64,000 bases of DNA from Octopus bimaculoides (lineage: Eukaryota). Position 1 is the first letter of the stretch, and each line of letters starts with the position of its first letter. The stretch covers positions 130,607,161 to 130,671,160 of the forward strand of contig NC_068984.1 of assembly GCF_001194135.2 (NCBI RefSeq), read 5' to 3'. The notes under the pieces are model-generated. The model ran no database searches and was not told where the DNA came from. It worked only from the letters and a program-made list of their open reading frames with translations. Shown here piece by piece: positions 26,325 through 40,515 of the stretch. The position numbers and the translations under genes were made by a program.

Positions 26325-27182
26325 TGAAAGGTATTGTGCCCGCTGTATGTGATGTGTGGTCTTTTATGCAAAGCAAGACAGCAAAACAAAAACGGTTAGG
26401 ACTGATGCTTATTTAGAGGTCATGAGATCAAATCTGGCATGGGCATTCCATTACGTTACCGAGCAAGGACGCTTCTCTTTACCTCGGTCACCTTAACCAC
26501 GAGTGATCAATAGATTCAAATAACTTATTGATTGATTAAGGTCAAGTAAGGTCAGCGAGTGATGTAACAGTCTAAGTCTGTGATGCAGCTAAGGAACAGA
26601 GTGGTGTTATTGTTGGTATTCTTGTTGCTGCCATAGTTGTTGGTGGTGGTCATGGTGTTGTCGCTGTTGTTTCTTTTTTTTTTTAGTGTTGGTTGTGGTA
26701 GTATCATTTTTGTTTTACGTTGTTGTTGTTTTTAATGCTACCATTGTGGTGGTGATGGTGGTGCTGGTGGTGTTGTCGCTGGTGTTGTCATTTTTGTTGT
26801 TGGTTGTGGTGTTGTTAATTTTGCTTTTGTTGTTGTTTTCTTGCTATCATTGTGGTTGTTATTGTTGTTGGTGGCGGTGCCTTTGTTGTTGTTAGTGGTG
26901 CTGGGGGTGTTCTTTTTGTTGTTGTTGTTGTCCTTTTTGTTGTTGGATGTTGCAGATGTTCTTTTTGTTACTTTTTGTTGCTGCTGTTGTTGTTGTTGGT
27001 GGTGGTGGTGGTCATTTTTGCTTTTCAGTGTTGTTGTTGTTGTTTTTATTGCTACCATTCTGGTTGTTGTTGCTGGTGATGGTGGTGCTGTTGTTTTTGT
27101 TGTTGGATGTTGCAGACATTGTTGTTGTTGATGCTGTCATTGTAGTTATTGTTGTTCTGTTTGTTGCTGTTGTTGTTGGTAT

Positions 27183-27568
27183 CGGAGGCGCAATGGCCTA
27201 GTGGTTAGGGCAGCGGACTGACAGTCATAGGATTGCGGTTTCGATTCCCAGACCGGGCGTTGTGAGTGTTTATTGAGCGAAAACACCTAAAGCTCCACGA
27301 GGCTCCGGCAGGGGATGGTGGCGAACCCTGCTGTACTCTTTCACCACAACTTTCTCTCACTCTTACTTCCTGTTTCTGTTGTACCTGTATTTCAAAAGGG
27401 CCAGCCTTGTCACTCTGTGTCACGCTGAATCTCCCCGAGAACTACGTTAAGGGTACACGTGTCTGTGGAGTGCTCAGCCACTTGCACGTTAATTTCACGA
27501 GCAGGCTGTTCCGTTGATTGGATCAACTGGAACCCTTGACGTTGTAAGCCACGGAGTGCCAACAACAA
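27183..27568 (+). mobile_element. SINE family C, full length, tRNA-derived head and (CAA)n tail
   Basis: GGAGGCGCAATGGCCTAGTGGTTAGGGCAGCGG (A box) ...GGTTTCGATTCCC (B box) ...GGAGTGCCAACAACAA. It lies within a (GTT)n tract. Confidence 0.9.
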
Positions 27569-29925
27569 TGTTGGTATCATTGTTGTTGTTGTTGTTGTTG
27601 GTGATGATGGTGTTTTCATTTTTACTATCGGATGTTGTTGATATTACTGTTGTTGCTGTCATTATGATTGTAGTTGTTATTGTTGTTGTGGTGGTGCTGC
27701 TGATGGCGGTGGTGGTGGTGGTGGTAGTATTGTAATTTTCCTTGTTGGGTATTGTACATATGCCTTATGTTGCTGTCATCGATGTTGTTGTTCTTGCTTT
27801 TCTTCTTGTCGTTGGTGTGTAGCCCTAATCAGCCCTCCTGGAATAGACCCACAGGGTCTAGACAGACTCCCAAATAAGATGATATAATACTGACACAACC
27901 CGTGATCTACAGCACACCAATTAGCATAAAATAGCACAAAGTATTCACAAAAACATTTCCATCTCTTAAGGCAGCGAGCTGGCAGAAACGTTAGCTCACC
28001 TTTTTTGTACCTGCGCCTTGAGATTACACCTTGACAGTTTTGTCACCATCATCTTTATCTCTTTGTCTTTGTTTCCAGCAGCTCTGACCTAGCCTTACAT
28101 AATGCGGTCAGACAAGGTCCTTCCTGAGTCATAGAGGCTGGTTTCCTGGTTTCTCTGGCACATATATATTATTCCCCACATGGATGGGACACTGGTCTGT
28201 TGCAGGATTACTCATTTTTACCAGCTGAGTGGACTGGAGCAACATGAATTGAAGTGGTTTGCTCAAGAACACAACACATCGCTCAGCCCAGTCTAATGGT
28301 CCTGAGTGCAACACCCTAAGCACTAAACCATGTGGCTCCACATGTAAACATACACACATATGTATATATACATATATAGATACATATAGATATATACATG
28401 CATATAAATTTATATAAGTAAGGATAAGATCGTTATTTAAAATACCAATCATATCAGGTGGCCAACATGGGAATAAAAACCTCATAAATAATAATTATTA
28501 TTAAAATTATAATTAAGGGTATCTAAAAGATACCATCATACTAGATATAGCAGTCAAGCGGCTGGTGTTAGGAAGGACATCAAGGCGTAGAAACTATGCC
28601 AAAACAGACACTAGAGCTCAGTACAGCGTTCTGACTCTTCAGATCTGGTTGAACCACCCAACCCATTCCAGTATAGAAGGCAGACATTAAAGGATGATGA
28701 TGGTGGTGATGATGATGATAATGATGATGATGATGATGATGATATCAAAGTAGATAAGATAGGCCAATATGAAAACCTATGTGCAGTTCCCTTGAGCTGC
28801 TAGAAGCAGTAGCCAAATCTCCCTCAAAATCACACCAGGGACAAATTATATGCATCATGTTGGTGGGGTGGAGGGTGGTTACGTCTGTGGTCCCTTGCCT
28901 TGACATCGTGCAGCAGTTGTAAACAGCCACACCGTCATATAAGCAGTGTCATTCATTTCTAATCTTTCACAAAAAACATGTCAGGCCGTAGGGAGATATT
29001 ACCTTGCTTGAAAAGGTTGGTGACAGGAAGAGCATCCTGCCTCGACAAATTCCATCTGATTCATGCAAACATGGAAAAGTGGATGTTAAGATGATGATGA
29101 TGACGACGACAATGAAGGTCATGTTGATGGTGATCATGATGATGATGTACAACAACACTGCCAAGAACAATTATAACAACAAATGCCACAAAGACATTAA
29201 CAACATCCCAATTACAACAACAATTGTAACCACAGGCCAATGAGGGAACTTCTACATAGTCATTTGATCTGCTAGAAATATCAGCCAAATTGCCCTCAAA
29301 TCATACGCTATAATCTCTATAATCAAATTGTGGCCAGCAGGACTTTCTGAATGACACACCTAACAAAGAGAATTACTTTGAATTTGTTTTTAGAAGGGTG
29401 GCCCCTTGATGAGCCATGCCTCATGTGGCCCCTTTCTCAATAAACTTTGCCCATGCCTGACCTAGATCCTCCCCTAAAAATATTGGACAGTCATGGCTGG
29501 AAGGCTTTCAATCATGTGCTTGTTGAATTAAGGTTGAACACAGCAGGGTAGAGGGGATGGGTTAGGTGACCCTGGATGATGCTTTTATGGAGCTAGCAAT
29601 TTTGAGCCAGCTGCATAAACCTGTATCAGTGGCAAACTAAAGTGGGGTGGGGCAACAAGTTCAAGGGGGTGTGGAGCAAAGTTAAGGGTTACCCAGGGTT
29701 GAGCACACTGTAGCTAAGCCACTGGTTGACCTTGAGCTAATCGAAACCAATCATGGCAACAAAGCAACAAACTTGACACCCGAACAACTGCAGCCAGAAC
29801 AAAAACCATTATCACAACAACAATGGTAACTACAAAACCATAGCCACCACCACAACAATAACAACTGCAATTTTAATCATAGCATCATCATAGCCACAAC
29901 AACAATCATAACCACAGCAACAATA

Positions 29926-30180
29926 TTGTTGGCACTCCGTCGCTTTCAACGTCGAGGGTTCCAGTTGATCCGATCAATGGAACAGTCTACTCGTGAAATT
30001 AACGTGCAAGTGGCTGAGCACTCCACAGACATGTGTACCCTTAACATAGTTCCTAGGGAGATTCAGAGTGACACAGAATGTTTTCGCTCAATAAACACTC
30101 ACAACGCTCAGTCTGGGAATCGAAACCGCGATCCTATAACTGTGAGTCCACTGCCCTAACCACTGGGCCATTGCGCCTCC
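29926..30180 (-). mobile_element. SINE family C, internally deleted, inverted relative to the 27183 copy
   Basis: Retains both ends and lacks ~130 bp of the middle. It lies within a (CAA)n tract. Confidence 0.88.
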
Positions 30181-31113
30181 ACACAACAACAATAACAGCA
30201 ACGACTATAGCCAGAACAACAACCTTAATCACAACAGCCATAACTACAACAATAATAACCACGACAGCCACAACAACAACAGCAACAACTAAAGCCACAA
30301 CCACAACAACAATAATGATAACAACTACAAGCATAAACACAACAACAACTATAACCACATCACAACTGTAGCCACAACACTAACAATAACCACAACAAGA
30401 ACCCTAACTACAACCGAGGGTGCAAGCTACTATTTTCCCGCATGTGAGACAGTAAATTCAGTATTGATTGTGTCACAAGTTGCGATGCCGACATTGTTGC
30501 AGTCGGTGCACATTACAGCAGCAGAGCAGCTTGGCAGAGGTGATGGTAGTACTATAATTTACCAATATTACTAATACTACTAATATTGCTACCACCACCA
30601 TTACAAGTAATGTGTGACCACAAGCTGATGAGGGAAGCCTCTAAGTTCATTCATTCTGCTAGAAATAACAGCTAAAACTCTCTCAAATCATACTTGACTG
30701 TTTTAGAGAATGGGATATATTGAATAAGGGAGCCCTGGTTATATGAAGAGTCTAGATAATAGGCAAGTTGGTCATGAATAGAATGCTTTTGCCTATGAGT
30801 GTACTCGATCAGAACTGGCTCATCACTAGCACAACAAGTAACACCACTGCCACCACCAAAAGACGCTGCAGTCACTACAAACTGATGAAGGAGCCTGTAC
30901 ATGGTCACTACACCTGCTAGAAATAGCAGCCAAATCTTCCTCAAATCACACCCTACTACGTTAATAAAAAAAATAATGAAGGGAATAAGTAAAAATGGAT
31001 AAAATATTAGCAGATATATCATAACTTAAATAAAAACAGGACTACATCTACTTCAATACGTTTGATTATAGATCTTTCCAATGATAGTAAACTGGAGGAC
31101 TAAACAACAACAA

Positions 31114-31145
<32 letters not shown>

Positions 31146-31384
31146 AGTTGCAATTAATTGTAAGAGCCTCCACCACCAAATTCTACATTACTATACCATT
31201 GCTGCCACCACCACCACCACCACCTTTCCGAGTATTACTTTTATACCCCCATTTTCTATGTATTCTATATATATAACAATAGTAACAGATAGGTAAACAG
31301 TCTGCTTGCTACCTTCACCTCAACTATCACACAACTAATTAGTGTAGACCACCCCCCTCCACTGTTACCTATGCACTCATATAT

Positions 31385-31455
<71 letters not shown>

Positions 31456-31924
31456 ACATCAGAGATATAGTTATGCTACTCAGAAGTGATATTCTACACT
31501 GTACAAAAAAAAATTAGTGCATAAGGTTGGCTGAAGTCAGACTCATTTCGCATTTGATGCGAAATAAAACTGGAATTTTATGAACCTTTTATTGGTTGAG
31601 GGGGAAAAAAAATGGAGAGCAAAAAAAAAAAAAAAATGGCAATAAAAACCAAAAATGGTAATTTCGACAGCATTGTATGGGTGCAAATCATGAGACATAA
31701 GATGCCGAAAGCGGTCAGAAAAAAAGATCATGGCATTTGAAATGAAGTGCTGCAGAAAGACATTTCACATTCTGCTTAGAGAACATCAAAATAAGGAGGA
31801 TGTGAGGAAAGAAATTATTGCGAAGAATTGCAGACCATGGAACTCTTCTGTTGATTGTCAAAAGACAAGAAGTTAATACAGCACCATGAGAGTGTACCTC
31901 TCATGAACATAGTCACAGAGTTAC

Positions 31925-32057
31925 AGGTGTGGCTGTGTGGTAAGAAGTTTGCTTCCCAACCACATGGTTCAGCCCTACTGCATGGCACCTTGGGCAAGTG
32001 TCTTCTGCTATAGCCTTCCCAGTGGATTTGGTAGACAAAAACTAAAAGAAGCCTGTC

Positions 32058-32122
<65 letters not shown>

Positions 32123-32290
32123 GTGTGTGTGTGTGGGGGTATGAGTGTATCTATATATGTGTGTGTCTTTGTATTTGTCCCCTGCTACCATTTGACAACA
32201 GGTGTTGCTTTGTTTATGTCCCCATAACTTAGCAGTTCATCAAAAGAGATTGATAGAATAAGTACTAAGCTTAAAAAAAAAGTACTCATT
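31925..32290 (+). mobile_element. SINE family B with internal (TA)n
   Basis: GGTGTGGCTGTGTGGTAAGAAGTTTGC...CCTTGGGCAAGTGTCTTCTGC. Confidence 0.8.
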
Positions 32291-32349
32291 CACCATCAAG
32301 GTACAAAGGAGTGAATGTGAGGAGGGGAGGGATGGAGACACAAGTAAGG

Positions 32350-32510
32350 GGGATAGGGACAAAATAACAGGTGAGGGAGATAGGGACAGAGGAACAGGTG
32401 AGGGAGATAGGAACAGAGGAATAGATGAGGGAGACAGGGACAGAGGAACAGGTGAGGGAGATAGGGACAGAGAAACAGGTGAAGTGAGATAAGGACAAGA
32501 CAGGTGAGAT
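32350..32510. repeat. 27-bp polypurine minisatellite (~6 units)
   Basis: AGGTGAGGGAGATAGGGACAGAGGAAC units. Confidence 0.85.
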
Positions 32511-32838
32511 ATATGATGATGATGATGAGGATCAGATAAGTTTATAAGTGTATGAGGTGAGCAACAGATGGTCAAAGGTAGGGATGTAGGTGATGCAGGG
32601 TGGTGGGGGAGGGGATGCATGGCCAATGGTGAATAACTTTGGGGGAAGGAGGAGGAAATAGGAGTGGGTCAGGGAGGTGGAGGTGATAAGTGGCAGCTGT
32701 AGAAACTCTGCCAGATCAGATTGGAGTCTGGTGCAGCTTTCTGGCTTGCCAGCCCTCAATCAAATCATCCAACCCATGCCAGCATGGAAAGCAGACGTTA
32801 AACGACGATGATGATGATGATGATATATATATATGTAT

Positions 32839-32871
<33 letters not shown>

Positions 32872-33009
32872 TTCTGCCACTCTTTCTCTCTCTTTCCTTC
32901 CTTTCTGCTACCATACATGACTACTGACCGTTTCTCTTTCTTCTGCAAAGAAGAAAAAGACCGAAAGTAAGAAGTAGGAGTATGTATCAAAAGTCATTCT
33001 ATAACATAG

Positions 33010-33380
33010 GATGGCTACCAACACAGTTCTGAGTTCAGTCCCACTGCATGGTACCTTGAGCAAGTGTCTTCTGCTCTAGCTTCGGGCTGATCAAAGCTTT
33101 GTGAGGGAATTTGGTAGGCAGAAACTGAAAGAAGCTCTGTGTGTGTGTGGGGGGGGGGGGGGCGTCTTTGTTTGTTCCCCACCATTGCTTGACAACCAGT
33201 GTTGGTGTGTTTACATCCTTGTAACTTAGCACTTCGGCAAAGGAGATCAATAGAATAAGTACAAGGCTTGTAAAAAAAAAATAATAAAGTATTGGGTCTG
33301 ATTCGTTCAGCTAAAAATTCTTCAAGGCAGTGCCCCAGATTGGCCACAATCTAAGGACTGAAACAAGTAAAAGATAAAAG
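33010..33380 (+). mobile_element. SINE family B
   Basis: Body and tail match family B. Confidence 0.75.
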
Positions 33381-34544
33381 AATGTTAAAAAGTTATTAAC
33401 GAGCTTGGGGTTGCGTCCTGACACTTCATCACTTCACCACCACCACCACCCCTCCTTTTTCAGCTGGGCTAGACTAGACATGTTTTGCTTCCACACACAA
33501 AAACACCTCTTCCTATCCCTCTGTCATATGCTTGCCTTTCAACACTTGGCATAAGCCACCATCCTCAGTTCAGCACCATCCACTCAATCAAGGAGTCTTG
33601 TCTTGTGAGCTGCTTGGTGACGTCACAAGTGCCAATGGCACAAAAAAAATAAAATAATAATAATAAAAAGAAGTAAAAAAAAAAAGGCACCTAATGCATT
33701 CTGTAAAGTGGTTGGTTTTCAGAAACTATTTTACAACCACAGAAACCCTGCCAAAACAGTCATTGGAGCTTGAGACAGTCCCCTGACATTTCAGATCCTG
33801 TCAAACCAGCCAACCCATGCCAGCAATGAAATATGGATGTTTAATAACAATGATGACGACGACAATAAGCAAGTGTGAAAGTGAATACAGTACTAATGGC
33901 AATTATAATTACAGTACTAGGTATGTTTAAAAAACAGACGTAAATAGGACACAGACAAAAGCATGAGTACAATATTACTAGCAACTTGGCACCGGTTCTA
34001 AAAGATAGCACATCTTTCTACATAACACATTTTTATAACAGAATTCGCACATCATTTATTTTCCACAATCACCATTCAATGCAATAACGCAACTTACACA
34101 GCACATATTACATACAATCACCCTTTAATAGCTCATATTCAATACAATTGCCATTCTATACAATGACAACTAATACAGTACATATGCTACATAGTCATCT
34201 CTAGATACCATGAAGGATATCTCAAAACGAATGAAAGAAAAAAAGAAAAGAAAACAGACATGGCTGTGTGGTTAAGAAGTTCATTTTGTAACAATGTAAT
34301 TTTGGGTTCAATCCCACTGCATGGTACCCTGAGCAAGTGTCTTCTACTATGGCCTTGCATGCGAATTTGGTAGGTGCAGAATAAAGACCAGACTTAAAAA
34401 AAAAGGTAAGAGTGATAAAGTGAAAAACAGCCATGAAACTACTGAAAACTAATAATAATAATAATAATACATAGAGCTGCGCTCGGTAGTGAAGTGAAAG
34501 CACGCTATAAAAATAAAACTACCGAATAATAATAATAATCATAA

Positions 34545-35130
34545 TACTTTCTACTTTAGGCACAAAGCCTGAAATTTGGGGCGAGGGGTTAAGTTGATTA
34601 CATTGAACCCCGTATTCATCCATTCATCCTTTCGGGGTTGACCCTGAAAGGATGAAAAGCAAAGTTGACTTTGGCAGAATCTGAACTCAGAATGCAAAAA
34701 TGTATGAAATGCCGCTAAGCATTTTGCCCAGCGTGCTAGCGATTCTGCCAGGTCACCACCTTTATAATGATAATAATAATAATATTAATAGTTTCAAATT
34801 TTGGTACCGGGCCAGCAATTTTAAGGGGAGGGGATTAGTTGATTACATCTACCCCAGTACTTGACTGGTACTTTATTTTGGCAGGATTTCAATTCAGACA
34901 ACAACAAAGACAATAATAATGGTTTCAAATTTTGGCACAAGGCCAGCAATTTGGGGAGAGGGGATAAGTCAATTACATAGACTCCTCTGTTCAACTGGTA
35001 CTGGTACTTTATCGACCCCAAGAGAATGAAAAGTAAAGTCGACCTTGGCAGAATTTGAACTCAGAACATAAAGACAGGACAAATACACTAAGCATTTTGT
35101 CCTGTGCGCTCATGACTCTGCAAGCTCATC
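34545..35130 (-). mobile_element. Stack of family A SINEs separated by (AAT)n
   Basis: Repeated GAAAGGATGAAAAGCAAAGTTGAC...GAATTTGAACTCAG motifs. Confidence 0.8.
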
Positions 35131-35211
35131 GAATAATAACTTATACATGCATTATATGGTTATATATGATTATATATGATTATATAAACTCCTGTATTTT
35201 TGACTTTGGAA

Positions 35212-35369
35212 GGATGATGATGATGATGATGATGAAGATGATGATGAGGATGATGATGATGAGGATGAAGATGATGAGGATGAAGATGAGGAGGATGATG
35301 ATGATGAGGAGGATGATGATGAGGAGGATGATGATGATGATGATGAGGAGGAGGATGATGATGATGATG

Positions 35370-35437
<68 letters not shown>

Positions 35438-35447
35438 GAGGATGATG
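35212..35447. repeat. (GAT)n/(GAG) trinucleotide tract
   Basis: Direct reading. It generates spurious poly-M/H/S/I ORFs. Confidence 0.95.
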
Positions 35448-35989
35448 ACAACTAAAATTATCCATTGATGTAAAGAGCAAAGAGAATCTAGCAACTAGCA
35501 GAAGGTTCTATAAATCTTGTACAAAATTAGTCTGCAAAAAGGCCTAACAACTGGGAATATCAAGGATGGTAGAAAATGAAAACTAAATTAATCCCAAACA
35601 TAATTGAAGCCCTTGGTAATTCTGAATTAGGTTTTAAAATTTCAACAGAAATGTCTCTCAAGATACACAACATCCACCAAAAAATGAGCTGATGGAGGAG
35701 TCTCTAAGGGGTTATTCAATTTGTTGGAAATAACAGTTACCTCTCCTTCCAATCATACCCTGTCTTAAAAAAGAAGTGGTACATTAAATAATGTCAACAT
35801 ATATACAAAACATATGACTGGAGCCTGGTGCAGTCCTTCTGCTTGCCAGCTCCCGTCAAACCGTCCAATCCCTGCCAGCATGGGAAACAGACATTAAATG
35901 TTGATGATGATGATGTACCATATCCAACACACATAAGCACCATAAACAAGACTTATGAGTTCTGGAGAAGTAAAAAAAATTAAGTATAC

Positions 35990-36960
35990 GCAAACTAATA
36001 CGGAAACTATACGGAGCCCTTCATACACAGAGTCTTGTACATGGAATGTCTGACTAGTGAAATATATCCCTTCCACAAGGAACTGGTCAGACAAGAACTG
36101 GGACAATACATTGCATTCAAGTGGTAAATTAGGACAAAGTTGATAGAGGTGTTCACCACATCAGTTTGACTTTTCAAGGATCAAATCAGATCCCACTGAA
36201 CTGATTCATCAGTTCAGTGTTCTAGAATGCTGGCCAATGGCATGGACTTGCCTCTCTAGGTGCCCAGCTGAAAGTCAATCAGCTTCTCCAGGTTAATCTT
36301 TGCTCTTATTACCACCTCATATTTCTTTAGAACAGCACCAGTCACTTTGACATCAGTGCTGTCCAATGCTATTACAATGACATCAACCTCACATACCCAC
36401 AAAGCTCTCCTGCATTCCAGACACCTCCAGTTTCTACAATGATTCAGGAGTCAGTACGTACAGAATACAGAAGGAATAGAGAAGACAACATTAATGAGCT
36501 GAGTGGCCATTAACTATGACCACTGAGTATCTTCTCAGTGGTCAGAGTTAATGGCTACATATTGGTCAGAGGCAGGAATACAACATTGAAATGTTCCAAC
36601 CTTTGAAAACAGGACTGAAACCAACTGCTCTGAGGACAGTTGCCAAGTAACAATGGTCAACCCTACTGAAAGCTTTCAACTGATCCAAACTGATCAGAGC
36701 CCCACTAAAGCCAGGTCTGTTATCCATCCTGTCTATAGTATAGCTCAGGTGACTAGATCTACCTGAGATGGCACAGGTTTGCATTTTCCCTGATTATACA
36801 ACTCACATCGAGTACCAACATCTTTGATAACACCTTAGCCAAATTCTTAAATTCTGCCATCAGCAGAGTTATGGGCCAGAAATGGTTTCCTTGAAAGCAT
36901 CCTCCCTAAGCAGAGCTATCACACCTCAGCTCTCAGAAGTGGGCATTTTCCTGTTCTGCT
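35990..36960 (-). mobile_element. L1/Tx1-type LINE fossil, reverse transcriptase domain
   Basis: GALISLDQLKAFSRVDHCYLATVLRAVGFSPVFKGW, then VKVTGAVLKKYEVVIRAKINLEK...QLGT*RGKSM. These are typical non-LTR RT motifs with stops and frameshifts. Confidence 0.85.
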
Positions 36961-37496
36961 GCCAGATACAGTAGTTATATAAGTAAACAAGTTTGGCACG
37001 TGTGTGCAAATCTGACAAGGCAGCCTGTCCAAACAAGACAATTTGTTCTTTGCACAATTACTCACTGCTGCTGTTATTGACCTCCTACAGTACTCTGTCT
37101 CCTCCTCTGAGTGTCATGACAGGCACTAAAATCCACTACATGCATGGGCGACTGTTGGTCTCCCATAAGCAACCATGCCCGAACTTGTGCCTGGGAGGGT
37201 AACTTTCTAGGCGCAATCCCATGGTCAGTCATGACTGAAGGGGGTCTCCTCTCAAGTGACCAAGATCACAGTATTTGCCCTAAGCAGGACACCAATCTGT
37301 TGCAGTGATCCATACCAGAAATTTTAAAAGAAGGGGTTAGGGTTAGGATGTACCACTCATCTCAAACAGTTGAGCAAAGAGCCACTGAAAAGCCTCAGAC
37401 ATCTACACTTGGAATCACATGAACATGACCCAGTTTATCAATAATAGGTGAACTCAAGCATTGAGATTTAAATGTCTTAGTTACACAAAGTGCACA

Positions 37497-37800
37497 TCAT
37501 CATCATCATCGATTAACGTCCGCTTTCCATGCTAGCATGGGTTGGATGATTTGACTGAGGACTGGTGAAACCAGATGGCTACACCAGGCTCCAATCTGAT
37601 TTGGCAGAGTTTCTACAGCTGGGTGCCCTTCCTAACGCCAACCACTCAGAGTGTAGTGGGTGCTTTTACGTGTCACCCGCACGAAGGCCAGTCAGGCGGT
37701 ATTGGCAATGGCCACGCTCAAAATGGTGTATTTTATGTGCCACCCTCACAAGAGCCAGTCCAGGGGCACTGGCAACGATCTCGCTCGAAAATCCTACGAC
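37497..37800 (-). mobile_element. Family D copy with two hairpin units
   Basis: Tail plus GCCAGT-CAGGCGGT-ATTGGC and GCCAGT-CCAGGGGC-ACTGGC. Confidence 0.85.
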
Positions 37801-38089
37801 GTCTGATGTAATATTACTGGGCCCTTGATTGTCTGCGCAGTACCCTATTAACTTGGCTGCCACAGTTCTTGGAACAACAACAGCAACAGTTGCAGCAGTA
37901 GCAGCAGCAGGACCGTCTTTGTAATAATAATAATGCTGATCTGTGATTGTCAGGAGGTGAGAAGTGTGTTATTGATTGATTGATGCTGCTGCTGCCACTG
38001 CTGCTACTGTTACAACAATGGAGGTTGGGTAGGGGATGGGAATGTCTGTCTGTCTGTTTACATATGCGAGGAAATTGAGAAATTTTCAG

Positions 38090-38129
<40 letters not shown>

Positions 38130-38555
38130 AAAAAAGAAAAAGAAAACCTGAACTGATTTACAGTGAAGAACATGTTACGATTATAGAGTTGCCATTCGAT
38201 ACCAAAACTATATCAACGGTAATAATAATAAGAAGAAGAAGAAGAAAAAGAATAATGATAAGAAGAAGAAGAAGAAGAAGAAGGAGAGGAAGAAGAAGAA
38301 GAAGAAAGAGAAGAAGATAAAGAAGAAGAAGAAGAAGAAGAAGAAGAAGAAGAAGAAAGAGAAGAAGAAGGAGAAGAAGAAGAAGAAGAAAGAGAAGAAG
38401 AAGAAGAATTTTGATAATAATGAAACCTACAGATAATTACAGTTATAATAATAATAATAATCAACACACAGTTGTCGGCATTATAAATCTGCCTACAGTT
38501 ATGATGACCTAAGCTACGCAGGTTCAATATCCGGTTGATTCACAAAATATTTTGT

Positions 38556-38594
<39 letters not shown>

Positions 38595-39484
38595 ATATTA
38601 TTTAATTTAATTTTATTTATTTTTGTATCCTAATTGCAGCTTGTGCGTACGTGTCAATGGGGGCTGGGGGTAACTGGGAAGAACGGTGAGGGGGGGGGGG
38701 GGTTGTTTTGAAAAAAAAAAAGGATCTAGAATTAATGGAGAGGTAATAAGAGTGGGGTCGGGAGGGTAGAAAAATTGCAGAAGGAATAGCATTTCTTATT
38801 AGCATCACAGTCAGGAGAAATTGTTGATATCTTCATCATCACTGTCGCTGTCATCATTATGATAATCATCATTATCATCATCATTACCAACCATTAGCAT
38901 CATTATCATCATCATCACCATCATTGTTATCATTGTCAGCAGTAACATCATTATCATCATCACACATCACCATTTTCATAATTGTTGTCATTACCATTAT
39001 CAACATCTTTACTATCATCAGCGTTGTTCCATCATTATCAACAATGTCATCATCATCATCATCATCATCGTTGTCATCGTCATTGTCTTCAAAAGGCTGT
39101 TGTCTGGTGTGACATGGCTCAGTAATATTGGACACCCCTGCTCACAACTTTTTCCCAAACCAGACTCTGGACACTTAAACAGGGGCCACAGTTCTGAAAC
39201 AAAAGCTGCAGGTCTGCATGAATTTCTTTCACCAAACTACAAGCTTACCAACTTATCCTGAAGGATTTCTAGCACTGATTGACACAAAGCAACCAATTTG
39301 GGGAGGATGTGTAGTTAATTTGATGGACCCCAGTGCTTCAATAGTATGTAATTTTATCAACCCTAAAAAAATGAAATGCAAAGTTCTACATTCCAAGTCT
39401 TCAACACTGGATGTAAAAAGAATGTATACAAATATTGTAAGGTATTTTATTCAATATTCTAACAATTCTGCCATCAACCAACCC

Positions 39485-39532
<48 letters not shown>

Positions 39533-39574
39533 TAATAATAATAATGATGATGATAATGATGATGATGATGATGA

Positions 39575-39769
39575 TTTCAAATTTTGGCACAAGGCCAGAA
39601 ATTTTGGGTAGAGGTAAGTTGATTGCATTGACCCCAGTACTCAACTGGTACTTATTCTATCGACCCTGAAAGGATGAAAGGCAAATTCAACCTCAGCGGA
39701 ATTTGAACTCAGAACCTGAAGATAGCGTTTCAGCCAGCATGCTAATGATTCTGTCAGCTTGCCACCTTA

Positions 39770-39805
<36 letters not shown>

Positions 39806-40163
39806 CATCATCATCATCGTTTAACGTCCGCTTTCCATGCTAGCATGGGTTGGACGATTTGACTGAGGACTGGTGAAACCGGATGGCAACACCAGACTCC
39901 AATCTAATTTGGCAGAGTTTCTACAGCTGGATGCCCTTCCTAACGCCAACCGCTCAGAGAGTGTAGTAGGTGCTTTTACGTGTCAATAATCCTTTCTACG
40001 AAAGGCACAAAGGCTTGGAATTTTGGGGGAGGGGAGCAGTCTGTTACATTGATCCCCAGTGTTTCACTGGTACTGAAAAGATGAAAGGCAAAGTCAATCT
40101 CGGCGGAATTTGAACTCTAAGTATTTTGCCTAGCATGCTAACGAGTCTGCCAGCTTGCTGCCT

Positions 40164-40214
<51 letters not shown>

Positions 40215-40515
40215 GAATAATAATAATAATAATAATAATAAATTCAAATTATGATGAACGTAAACAAACAAACGAAGTTTGCTTTTAGAAGCGTTGAGAT
40301 GTCTTAGATAGTTAAAGAAGTGATTTTAAATTCTTAAATGCAGGATAATGCTAATAATATATAATATACCCCTATTTTTGCAGAAAAAAGTGTTGGCGGC
40401 CAAATCTTTCTACTATAGGTACACAGCCTGAATTTTTGGGTGTTGGGTAGTTGATTACATTAACTGGTGCTTATTTTATCAATCCCCAACAGGATGAAAG
40501 ACAAAGTTAACCACA
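39575..40515 (-). mobile_element. Cluster of family A SINEs and a family D tail among (AAT)n/(TAC)n
   Basis: A copies at ~39575-39770, ~39990-40165 and ~40410-40515. D tail at 39805-39985. Confidence 0.8.

Noticed and set aside
27183-27260. tRNA-like sequence with A and B boxes
   Set aside because: It is the head of a SINE followed by a 300-bp body and tail, with no complete cloverleaf or acceptor stem.
33617-33624. TGACGTCA CRE site
   Set aside because: A single 8-mer inside a degraded repeat, expected by chance.
35055-35494. Poly-M/H/S/I ORFs, and similar poly-T/V/K/Y-I ORFs throughout the track
   Set aside because: Translations of (GAT)n, (ACC)n, (GAA)n and (TA)n microsatellites, with no splice signals or domain similarity.
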